From the NCBI GenBank assembly GCA_964449065.1, contig CAYVAZ010000010.1:1-36630 (forward strand): DNA of 36,630 bases. Direction: 5' to 3'. Position numbers and translations under genes: made by a program. Under the pieces are notes generated by a model that had not been told where the DNA came from, made no database searches, and was given only the letters and a program-made list of their open reading frames with translations. This document shows positions 1 through 8,479 of the stretch, one piece after another (positions within the stretch are counted from its first letter, which is position 1; each line of letters begins with the position of its first letter). This DNA comes from an uncultured bacterium. Lineage in GTDB: Bacteria > Hinthialibacterota > Hinthialibacteria > Hinthialibacterales > Hinthialibacteraceae.

Positions 1-59
1 TGGTATGTTGCCGCGTCCCCCTACAATTTCACATTTCTTCACAAAAAGTTTCTTCACAA

Positions 60-88
60 AAAAGCCCCGAAACAAGTTCGGGGCTTTT
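60..88 (-). terminator. Intrinsic terminator downstream of the 126..1187 gene
   Basis: Perfect 12-bp stem AAAAGCCCCGAA(60-71)/TTCGGGGCTTTT(77-88) with a 5-nt loop. On the minus strand it ends in a U6 tract, ~40 nt after the stop codon. Confidence 0.85.
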
Positions 89-125
89 GCATGATTACCG
101 TATAAGTGACAAAATAAGTGACAAA

Positions 126-1187
126 TTAACGGATTGACCAATCTCTTACATTGGAGCCACCATCGCCACCGGTATTGTTGATGGTCGCACCGAGAATCAA
201 CCCGGTTAAGCTTTCGCTGCTGTTCCAGTTGCCGGCCACACCAGTTGTGTTGGTTTGATGCTCACGTCCACCATCCGGCCAAATGTCACCGTCATTTTGC
301 TGTGGCGAAAATCCGATTACTTTTCCTTCTTCCAAATCCAAGGGATCATGGACTTCATCGGTGAAGTAACTGTCAAACCCTTCAGAGATGTTAGCGGGGT
401 CGTCGATATCAAACCCTAAGTCACCGGCACCCACCAAAAATTCAAACGGAACAATTTTCATTTCCCAGTTATACTCAACCGGTGCTTCAATCCACTCGGA
501 TGCGCTGTCATCCGTTACACGGATTTGAGCAGCGGATTCAAAGAAATTGTCGCTGATATCCCAGGGAGCATGGGCACCTCCCAAGTTTAGAGAGCCTTCA
601 ATGCGTTCAAATGTTGGAACATCAATGAAATCGGTGGATACCGGCACACCGCCATCAGCCGTGTTGAAAAAACCAACTTGTTCATTGATAAAGACATTGT
701 TTTCTAAATCATTGTCAGCTGACCAAGAATCCCAGGTATTGGGCATATCAAGGGTGTATTGTTGGTGAAAGCCACTGGTGGTGGTAGAGTTAGGATCGCC
801 TGTGTTTAAACCGTCGATCACAATCTCTAACCGTTCATTTTGCCAGCCAGAATTGCCACCTGTTGAACCGATACCTTGAAACAAAACCAATGAATCATCG
901 ATCACATTCAAACCAAGATACAACGCATTGGTTTCTTCATCCCAAGCGACCTTGAGAGTGATATCCAAATCACCGGAACCATCTTCAGCCGCGGGACTAT
1001 CACCGTCTTGATTCATCGGAACGCTAAATTCAGGAATATCAGCCCAATCGCTTAAGTCACCGTCGATGGTGGGGACGGTAGACAACTCAGGGGCTTCACC
1101 GGAATTCACGTTAACGCTGGTGTCTTGAGCCACCGCTGGGGCGAGGGCTAAAGACAGAGATAGGGCAGTAAATAATGCTTTCTTCAT
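126..1187 (-). CDS. Secreted acidic protein with CBM9-like/DOMON-like sugar-binding domain and C-terminal SNVRDWSIR tail
   Basis: Signal peptide MKKALFTALSLSLALAPAVA|QD. Motifs PTIDGDLSDW, KVAWDEETNALYLGLNVIDD, LEIVIDG, WEMKIVPF and GKVIGFSPQQNDGD resemble CBM9-like domains. GGAGG RBS at 1195-1199. Confidence 0.7.
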   Translation of the reverse strand: MKKALFTALSLSLALAPAVAQDTSVNVNSGEAPELSTVPTIDGDLSDWADIPEFSVPMNQDGDSPAAEDGSGDLDITLKVAWDEETNALYLGLNVIDDSLVLFQGIGSTGGNSGWQNERLEIVIDGLNTGDPNSTTTSGFHQQYTLDMPNTWDSWSADNDLENNVFINEQVGFFNTADGGVPVSTDFIDVPTFERIEGSLNLGGAHAPWDISDNFFESAAQIRVTDDSASEWIEAPVEYNWEMKIVPFEFLVGAGDLGFDIDDPANISEGFDSYFTDEVHDPLDLEEGKVIGFSPQQNDGDIWPDGGREHQTNTTGVAGNWNSSESLTGLILGATINNTGGDGGSNVRDWSIR

Positions 1188-1234
1188 AGACTTTCCTCCA
1201 CAAAATAAGATCGATAATATGTATTACTGATAGA

Positions 1235-1263
1235 ACTTTATCAAAACATAATCTTAATGTCAA
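1235..1263 (-). promoter_or_regulatory. Sigma70-type promoter for the 126..1187 gene
   Basis: Minus strand TTGACA-17 nt-TAAAGT with an extended -10 TGn. Confidence 0.7.
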
Positions 1264-1396
1264 GTAAATTTTTATTTTTTTTTGATTGGAATCTTGACTT
1301 AACTGCCTATATTTAAACATTTTATAATACTATTTTAACCAAATCCATCCCAAAAAGTGAAAAAATACTATATCGAACAATAGATAAAATCATTTA

Positions 1397-1747
1397 TTAC
1401 CAGGGATGCTCGTTACGTATGTATTTCCCGTTTTGAAAGGCGGAAAAGAATAAATCCAAAAGTGGATGGTTGACCGGTTCTTCTGAAGAATCAGGCATGA
1501 GGCTGGTTTCGGCAGCATAAGTGTTCACAGTTGTATTGTGCACAAGCACATGGTACCAAGGCTGGTTGCGGTCCGGCTTGGTTTGGTTGGCTTGATACCA
1601 ATCTTCATCCGCCTTGCAGGATAAATCGCACTCAACCACGACCCCGCGGTAGTGATAGCGGCGGTGTTTGACCAACTGGCCGGGTTGGAATTTTGGTTCT
1701 TTTTGAAAAACAGAATCACGATCTTTGTCGTCGTTGGGCATGATCAT
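1397..1747 (-). CDS. hspQ: Heat shock protein HspQ (YccV-like domain)
   Basis: PKFQPGQLVKHRRYHYRGVVVECD, QPWYHVLV, TYAAETSL and VNHPLL match the HspQ/YccV pattern. GGAGAAAG RBS. Confidence 0.9.
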   Translation of the reverse strand: MIMPNDDKDRDSVFQKEPKFQPGQLVKHRRYHYRGVVVECDLSCKADEDWYQANQTKPDRNQPWYHVLVHNTTVNTYAAETSLMPDSSEEPVNHPLLDLFFSAFQNGKYIRNEHPW

Positions 1748-1811
1748 GGGCTTTCTCCATGTTAAAGTTATTTATCATGATTTTAACAGAGTTAATTTTA
1801 TTAGAAAATGG

Positions 1812-1916
1812 ACTTACCGAAACATGATTGAAGATACGATATGACAAAGCATTCAAGAAGAATTGTCACTTTGGCAAGTTACTCTGCAGGATGGATTGGA
1901 ATGTGATTCTTCATAA
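1812..1916 (+). pseudogene. Possible antitoxin remnant
   Basis: Frame reads YRNMIEDTI*QSIQEELSLWQVTLQDGLECDSS*. It resembles the W-x-x-T-L-x-D-G-L C-terminus of small RHH-type antitoxins. Internal TGA at 1842-1844 and no intact N-terminus. Confidence 0.35.
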
Positions 1917-2087
1917 TGTTCTTGTTTAGTTCGTCAAGTATACAAATTGCATTGATGATTAAATCTCCATTACAAATCCCCGCTCACCTGTTACGAATGC
2001 GTTCTCCCGTTAAACTATTGCTGTTATTTGTATTGTAAGATTCAATCCAAAAAAACCAAAATTCCATACCCTATATAGGAGAGAGAC

Positions 2088-2852
2088 ATGCGTAAATTAA
2101 TTATTGCAGGCAATTGGAAACTCAACGCGGGAACCGCGGAAGACGCTAAAGCATTGGCTAACGGAATCAAAGAAAAACACGGCCAAACATCGGCGGTAGA
2201 TATCGTTCTTTGCCCACCGTTTACGGCTTTGCGGGAAGTGGCGTCGGTGATTAGCGGTTCGGTGATTGAGTTGGGCGGCCAAAATATGTACCCCAAAACC
2301 GATGGGGCGTTCACCGGTGAAATCTCTCCTACATTTTTGAAAGATACCGGCTGCAAATACGTGATCATCGGCCATTCGGAACGCCGCACGATCTTTAAGG
2401 AAAGCAACGATTTCATTAACGAAAAAGTGAAATGCGCTTTGGAAAATAACCTATCCCCAATACTTTGCATTGGGGAAACCGAGCAGGAACGGACGGATGG
2501 CAAAACCGAAGCCGTGGTGGAAGATCATCTGAAAGGCGGCTTGAAGGACATTACCGCGGAACAAGTTCGTGGCATTGTCATCGCGTACGAACCGGTCTGG
2601 GCCATCGGTACGGGCAAAACCGCCACTCCGGAAGACGCACAAGCCGTGCACGCGCATTGCCGTAAAATCCTGGCTGAATTGTATAACGAAGACACCGCGC
2701 AAGCCATTCGCATTCAATACGGCGGCAGCGTGAAGCCGGATAACGCCGGCAAACTGTTGACCCAGCCGGATATCGACGGCGCCTTGGTCGGAGGAGCCAG
2801 TTTGAAAGTGGATTCGTTCTGCGGGATTATTGAAAATTCCGGTGCGTTGTAA
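2088..2852 (+). CDS. tpiA: Triosephosphate isomerase
   Basis: AGNWK, IIGHSERR, AYEPVWAIGTG, YGGSV and LVGGASL motifs. AGGAGAG RBS. Confidence 0.99.
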   Translation: MRKLIIAGNWKLNAGTAEDAKALANGIKEKHGQTSAVDIVLCPPFTALREVASVISGSVIELGGQNMYPKTDGAFTGEISPTFLKDTGCKYVIIGHSERRTIFKESNDFINEKVKCALENNLSPILCIGETEQERTDGKTEAVVEDHLKGGLKDITAEQVRGIVIAYEPVWAIGTGKTATPEDAQAVHAHCRKILAELYNEDTAQAIRIQYGGSVKPDNAGKLLTQPDIDGALVGGASLKVDSFCGIIENSGAL

Positions 2853-2862
2853 GCATTATTAA

Positions 2863-3333
2863 ATGAAAAAGCCGTCGCGCACGTATGTTGATACATCCGT
2901 CATTGGCGGAGTATTTGACGAAAAATTTAAAGAGCATAGTCTGCAATTTTTTCGTTATGTACACAATGGTCATTTTGAAACCGTTATATCAACTTTGGTA
3001 AGAGACGAAATTGAAGAAGCACCGGTTCATGTGAAAGAGTTTTTTACAGAGTTACGTAAAAAATCAGAACCGGTGTACATATCCAAAGAAGCCCTATTTC
3101 TTCAACAGGCATATTTGGATGCCGGAATTGTTCATCCCAAACGGGAAAACGATGCATTACACGTTGCTATGGCAACCGTTCTTTCGTGTAATATGATTGT
3201 GAATTGGAATTTCAAACATATTGTCAATTTCCAAAAAATACCGCTTTACAACGCCATCAATTAAATTCACGGTTATAATGTAGTAGCCATCTACAGCCCG
3301 ATGGAGTTGAAAGTTGATGAAGAAATCTTTTGA
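2863..3333 (+). pseudogene. PIN-domain (VapC-like) toxin with in-frame premature TAA at 3262-3264
   Basis: YVDTSVIGG, E-I and DALHVAMA...IVNWNFKHIVN PIN motifs. After the TAA the same frame continues IHGYNVVAIYSPMELKVDEEIF* (to 3333), matching the GYxxxxIxSPxE end typical of this subfamily. Confidence 0.7.
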
Positions 3334-3466
3334 TTGTGTTGAAATGAAGCACAATGCCGCAGAGAAAATTCATGAGCAATTAAAAAACCTTACACACAAA
3401 GAAAAGACATCTTATTGGGTAAGACGAAATGAAATTTTCAAGCAAGAACAAAAAGATTTAGTGTAA
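3317..3466 (+). CDS. Small (49 aa) putative antitoxin partner of the PIN toxin (not in ORF track)
   Basis: MKKSFDCVEMKHNAAEKIHEQLKNLTHKEKTSYWVRRNEIFKQEQKDLV*. KxFDCVEMK-type N-terminus, GGAG RBS at 3303-3306, overlaps the read-through end of the PIN gene. Confidence 0.7.
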   Translation: MKKSFDCVEMKHNAAEKIHEQLKNLTHKEKTSYWVRRNEIFKQEQKDLV

Positions 3467-3519
3467 AAGCATACAGTTTCAAATCATGATTAACTCTCAA
3501 TAAATTGGAGGTGTTTCCA

Positions 3520-4146
3520 TTGAATACGATAACCAAATGGAGTGTATTTGCCCTTGTATTTTGCTTGGTCAGTTGTGTGTCGCTGACGGTGAACATCAAT
3601 TTCCCGGCTGCGGAAATCAAAGACGCGGCGGAAAATATTGAAGACGCTGTCCGCAGCGGTGAAGGTTCCAGCGGACTGCAAAGCTGGCTTCCCGCGCTTC
3701 AACCCAACCGGTCCGCTTATACTATTGCAATCGGCTTCGGCCCAAAAAGCGCGTATGCCCAGGATGTAGACATTTCCGTGCAGTCACCCGAAATCAAAGC
3801 GTTGGTGGATTCGAGAGCGAAACGCTACAAAAAAGAACTGGAACCGAAACTCGATAGCGGTACATTGGGCGAAGGCATGGATGGACTTATTACCATTCGT
3901 GATGAGAAAGCCCATGATCTAAAAACTCTTGCCGGATTAAAGAAACTGGTCAAAGCGGAAAACAATGACCGGCTGGCGATGTACAACGCGATCCTAAAAC
4001 TGAATTCGCTGGAAGCCAACAAAGAAAACATAAAAAAAGTGCAGGAACTGTTCTTTGAAGCCATCATAAAAAAAATGAAGCCGGGGCACTGGTATCAAAA
4101 AGATAAAGATACCTGGGTGCAAAAGAAAAAAGACGAAGATCAATAG
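3520..4146 (+). CDS. YdbL family (DUF1318) lipoprotein with N-terminal YnbE-like segment
   Basis: Lipobox-like LVSC followed by VSLTVNINFPAAEIK. DUF1318-like LGEGMDGLI, LVKAENNDRLAMY and PGHWYQ. Start moved to TTG 3520 because GGAGGT lies at 3507-3512. Confidence 0.75.
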   Translation: MNTITKWSVFALVFCLVSCVSLTVNINFPAAEIKDAAENIEDAVRSGEGSSGLQSWLPALQPNRSAYTIAIGFGPKSAYAQDVDISVQSPEIKALVDSRAKRYKKELEPKLDSGTLGEGMDGLITIRDEKAHDLKTLAGLKKLVKAENNDRLAMYNAILKLNSLEANKENIKKVQELFFEAIIKKMKPGHWYQKDKDTWVQKKKDEDQ

Positions 4147-4152
4147 TGAAGT

Positions 4153-4950
4153 ATGAATACAAGAGCATTTTGCTTGGTATTGATGCCCTGCATGTTGCTG
4201 ATGGGCTGCACAACCACAGGTCTGCTGGGTGACTTCAACCTCATCTCACCCCAGCAGGAAATGCGTTTGGGCGAGGAGTTGCATCAGGATATCGCCCAGC
4301 AAAATTTGGTGACCGATCCCGGGATTAACGGCTACGTTCAAGAAATTGGCAAGCGGTTAATCTCGGTATCTCTTACCCCCTCACAACCCTATTCGTTTTA
4401 TGTGCTGAAGGACGATCAGGTCAACGCGTTTGCCATCCCCGGCGGCAAATTGTATGTGTATACCGGGCTCATCAGCCGGGCGGAAAGCGAAGCAGAATTG
4501 GCATCGGTCATGGCGCATGAACTGGGACACGCCGAAGAACGCCATCCGACCGAAGCAATGTCGCGCCAGATGGGGACGCAAGTATTGACGGGCATTTTGT
4601 TAGGAGAAAACCCCGGCGCGGCCAGCCGCTTGGCAGCGGGTTTGCTTGCCAATGGGGGATTAAGCGCCTACAGCCGCGGCGCCGAACTGGAAGCTGACCG
4701 GATCGCCTGTTATTTGCTCAACCGTTCCGGATACGACCCTGCAGCCCTCATCACATTTTTCCAGAAGCTGATGGAAGAAGAACGCAAACACGGGGGCGGC
4801 GGCCGCAGTCTATTTGCTACGCATCCCCCCACCCAAGAACGCATCAATGCCGCGGCCCAACTCATTCAATCCTTCGGTGACGCCCGGCAATACGGCAAAG
4901 AAGTTGTTGGGGGATTTGAAGCCCTCCAACAACAAGTCCGCGGTTTATAG
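4153..4950 (+). CDS. M48 family zinc metallopeptidase lipoprotein (BepA/LoiP-like)
   Basis: Lipobox LMGC, VNAFAIPGG, zinc motif HELGH, YSRGAELEAD and FATHP. Confidence 0.92.
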   Translation: MNTRAFCLVLMPCMLLMGCTTTGLLGDFNLISPQQEMRLGEELHQDIAQQNLVTDPGINGYVQEIGKRLISVSLTPSQPYSFYVLKDDQVNAFAIPGGKLYVYTGLISRAESEAELASVMAHELGHAEERHPTEAMSRQMGTQVLTGILLGENPGAASRLAAGLLANGGLSAYSRGAELEADRIACYLLNRSGYDPAALITFFQKLMEEERKHGGGGRSLFATHPPTQERINAAAQLIQSFGDARQYGKEVVGGFEALQQQVRGL

Positions 4951-5040
4951 ACAAAGATTTCTTTCCTTCCTCATTCGCCAATTGACTGATTTCAATTGTT
5001 TGTGTTATGGTAATTTCATTTATCATTGCTTGAAACAAGG

Positions 5041-6876
5041 ATGAAAACCATGAAACCATTTCTCGCTGCTTGCTGTATGTTACTCACTATTCCCTTCGTA
5101 CATGCCGCCGAAACAGATGTGCTCATTTACGGAGGCACTCCGGCGGGGATTGCGGCTGCTATATCTGCCAGCGGCAATGACACAAATGTCTTGTTGGTCG
5201 AACCAACCGGCCGCATTGGAGGAATGACCACCAACGGTCTGTCCCACACGGACTTCCGCTCGTTTGAGGGAATATCCGGCATGTATTATGAATTTACCCA
5301 ACGCATCCTTCAGTATTATAAAGATGAATACGGGGAAGACTCGAACCAAGTCAAGCAATGCTTTCGCGGGACACATGGCGAACCGAAAGTAAATCTCGAA
5401 ATTTTTTATGAAATGCTTGGGGAACATCCCACCATAACAATCAAACACGGATGGTTGATCGAGGATGTGGAAACCGAAAACAACCACAAAATCCTAGCGG
5501 TTTCGTTCCAAGACAAACAAGGCGTTCTTCATCAAGTAAAAACCGGGATATTTATCGATGCCACGTATGAGGGAGACTTGATGGCAAAAGCGGGAATCCC
5601 CTACCGCATCGGCCGGGAAGCCCGCAGTGAATATGGCGAATCCCTGGCCCCGGAGAAAGCAGATAACCAAGTGCAGGGGTATAACTTCCGTTTGATTATG
5701 ACCAAAGAATTAGATAACTTGGTCCTTCCACAAAAACCGGCGGGATACGACCGGGAAATGTATACCGGAATCCTCCCCCTGATGAAAGATGGGCGCATTA
5801 AAGGCGTGTTCGGCTACAGTCCTCCGGTATATATTTATAAAGCCCAAATTCCACATTTGCCAAATGGGAAGTATGACATTAATGATGTGTCTCATTCTCC
5901 CGTACGATTATCCATGCCGGATATTAATAACCCTTATCCCAATGGCAGCACTTCCATCCGGCGGCAAATAGTTGAAGAACATGTTCGGTGGAATATGGGC
6001 TTGCTTTACTTTCTGCAAAACGATGAAGCCGTTCCCGAACCGTTTCAAGCCGAAGCCAGGGAATGGGGTTGGTGCAAAGATGAATTTGTTGAGAATGACC
6101 ACATTCCGGTTCAACTCTACATTCGCGAAGCCCGCCGCATGATCGGGCAATATGTGTTTACGGAAAACGATACCGAGTACGCCCCCGGCGATGCCCGCAC
6201 AGTATTGCACAAAGACGCCATCGCGATGGGTGATTATGGCGAAAACTGCCACGGCACCGGCCGTGAAGGTACGCGCTTTAACGGAAAACATACCGGTGAG
6301 TTTTATAAAGCTGTGGCTCCCTATCAAATTCCATACGGTGTATTGATCCCTAAAGATGTGCGGAATTTATTGGTACCGGTTGCCGCCAGTTCCTCCCATG
6401 TTGGTTTTTGCGCGCTGCGGTTGGAACCGATATGGTCACTCATGGGGCAAGCGGCGGGATACGCCGCGAATATTGCTGTACAAGAAGAAATGGATGTACA
6501 AAATGTTCCGGTGAAACGAATTCAATCAATCCTACATAAACACGGTGCGGCTACCATCTATTTCGGCGATATCACACCCGGCCACCCGGACTTTGAGATG
6601 GCGCAGTGGTGGGGCACCGCGGGCGGGTTTCATGGTTTAGCACCCACACCCGAAAAAAAGGGACAGCGTGGAAAGCATATCCTGGGCCAGTATTTTGAAG
6701 CTTTCCCCCATCATGACGCGAACCTTGACCAACCGATGGACAAAGAATTGGCCGCAAAATGGATCGCGGTTGCAAATGAATTGGACATTTCAGATACCCA
6801 TATACCTCAAACTCATACAAACAAAACCAGACGGGATTGGTTGAAGCGAGTATGGCAGCACCGGCCTCAACCATAA
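5041..6876 (+). CDS. Exported FAD-dependent oxidoreductase (FAD_oxidored-type)
   Basis: Signal peptide ending VHA|AE, Rossmann motif VLIYGGTPAGIAAA, FIDATYEGDL, YIREARRMIG, PYQIPYGVL and SSSHVGFCALRLEP. Confidence 0.88.
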   Translation: MKTMKPFLAACCMLLTIPFVHAAETDVLIYGGTPAGIAAAISASGNDTNVLLVEPTGRIGGMTTNGLSHTDFRSFEGISGMYYEFTQRILQYYKDEYGEDSNQVKQCFRGTHGEPKVNLEIFYEMLGEHPTITIKHGWLIEDVETENNHKILAVSFQDKQGVLHQVKTGIFIDATYEGDLMAKAGIPYRIGREARSEYGESLAPEKADNQVQGYNFRLIMTKELDNLVLPQKPAGYDREMYTGILPLMKDGRIKGVFGYSPPVYIYKAQIPHLPNGKYDINDVSHSPVRLSMPDINNPYPNGSTSIRRQIVEEHVRWNMGLLYFLQNDEAVPEPFQAEAREWGWCKDEFVENDHIPVQLYIREARRMIGQYVFTENDTEYAPGDARTVLHKDAIAMGDYGENCHGTGREGTRFNGKHTGEFYKAVAPYQIPYGVLIPKDVRNLLVPVAASSSHVGFCALRLEPIWSLMGQAAGYAANIAVQEEMDVQNVPVKRIQSILHKHGAATIYFGDITPGHPDFEMAQWWGTAGGFHGLAPTPEKKGQRGKHILGQYFEAFPHHDANLDQPMDKELAAKWIAVANELDISDTHIPQTHTNKTRRDWLKRVWQHRPQP

Positions 6877-6971
6877 CCCAAAATGGAACAGTAACGAGAA
6901 CCTGTTCCCTTCCCGATCTCTCCATTTATAATATTTCAATGGATCTAACAAACGCAAAAAGAGTGTATCGC

Positions 6972-8384
6972 ATGAAACGAAGACATTTTATTCAATCCAG
7001 CTTAGGCGGGCTTGCGATTGCGGGTATTCCATCCGTATTTGCAAAAGAAGAGCAAAGCAAACATTCCCCCAACATTGTACTGATCATGACAGATGACCAA
7101 GGGCAATGGGCGCTGGGGTGTTATGGCAATGAAGAAATCCACACTCCCCATATCGATCAGTTGGCGTCAGAGGGGATTCGCTTTACCCATTCGTATTGCA
7201 CCAGCCCGGTTTGCTCACCCAGCCGCGCAACGTTTATGACAGGACTCATTCCCAGCCAGCATGGAATTCACGATTGGATTAATGAAGAAAATGAAGGCGA
7301 GCGTGCCGAATCCTTGGTGCAGCGGTTCACTACACTAACAGATGTGCTGCACGCGAATGGATACGAATGCGCGTTATCCGGCAAATGGCATCTAGGGGAT
7401 AACATGACCCCATTCCGCCACCATGATTACTGGTTCACCATCCCCACCGGCGGCGGACCTTACAAAGACGCCAGAGTGGCATTTAATGGAGAAGAATACA
7501 CTGCTGAAGGCTATTTAAGCGATCATATTACCAATCACGCGATTGAATTCATTCAACAAGACCACAGCCAACCATTCTTCTTAAATGTGCAATACACCGC
7601 CCCGCACGGCCCGTGGAGGCATCATCCCACAACTTATTTGGAGATGTATGAGGATTGTGAATTCAACTCGCTGCCGGATGAACCGCGGCATCCCTGGGCC
7701 TCTGCCTATTTGGGTAATTTGGGGAATAAGGATGTCTTAAAGCAATACTTCGCCTCCGTTTCTGCTGTGGATGAGGGAGTCGGGCGGATTGTGCGAACGC
7801 TGGATGAGTTGGGGATACGCGATAACACCGTGGTGGTGTTTATGAGCGATCATGGGTTTCAATGCGGGCATAACGGATTGTTCGGCAAGGGCAATTGCTC
7901 GAATCCGCGCAACATGTATGAGGAATCCGTCTTGGTTCCCCACATTGTGAGTGCGCCGGGATTGCTGCCTAAGTTTACGCATGGACAAGTTAACCACAAC
8001 TACATCAACGGCCATGACCTCATGCCGACACTGCTTGATATCGCCGGGGCATCCATGCCGGATGGCCGTTATGCGGGAAGAAGTTATTTGCCCATCATGC
8101 AGGGCAAACGGATTGCTTGGGATAACACCGCCTATGCGGAATACGGACGGGCGCGGATGATCCGTACGCCGGAATGGAAGTATGTGCACCGCGCGGATGG
8201 CGGGCCGAACGAGTTTTATGATATGCAAAGCGATCCCAATGAAAACAACAACTTAGCCACTGTGCCGAAATACAATGAACAAATGGTCGAGATGCGCAAG
8301 CGGTTGTTCGAGTGGTTTCGCCGTTACGCGGAAGGCGACGCCGACCCGGTGGGGCATGAGTATTTAAGGCCGGATATGCGGTGA
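6972..8384 (+). CDS. Tat-exported formylglycine-dependent sulfatase
   Basis: Twin-arginine signal MKRRHFIQ at ATG 6972, PNIVLIMTDD, CSPSR (C-x-P-x-R), GKWHLG and SDHG. Confidence 0.93.
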   Translation: MKRRHFIQSSLGGLAIAGIPSVFAKEEQSKHSPNIVLIMTDDQGQWALGCYGNEEIHTPHIDQLASEGIRFTHSYCTSPVCSPSRATFMTGLIPSQHGIHDWINEENEGERAESLVQRFTTLTDVLHANGYECALSGKWHLGDNMTPFRHHDYWFTIPTGGGPYKDARVAFNGEEYTAEGYLSDHITNHAIEFIQQDHSQPFFLNVQYTAPHGPWRHHPTTYLEMYEDCEFNSLPDEPRHPWASAYLGNLGNKDVLKQYFASVSAVDEGVGRIVRTLDELGIRDNTVVVFMSDHGFQCGHNGLFGKGNCSNPRNMYEESVLVPHIVSAPGLLPKFTHGQVNHNYINGHDLMPTLLDIAGASMPDGRYAGRSYLPIMQGKRIAWDNTAYAEYGRARMIRTPEWKYVHRADGGPNEFYDMQSDPNENNNLATVPKYNEQMVEMRKRLFEWFRRYAEGDADPVGHEYLRPDMR

Positions 8385-8479
8385 ATTGCAATCAAAAAAC
8401 ACTTTATTGAATCATTTCCTAATTGCCAAATATACATACAGGCTTTTCATCAAATCGTGTTCGCATTACTCTACCCATC

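Noticed and set aside
3262..3264. Stop-codon recoding or alternative genetic code
   Set aside because: TAA ends many intact genes in this window (e.g. tpiA, cobT), so a nonsense mutation or sequence error is simpler.
6837..6971. N-terminal extension of the sulfatase
   Set aside because: The Tat signal begins at ATG 6972, and the extension overlaps the upstream gene.
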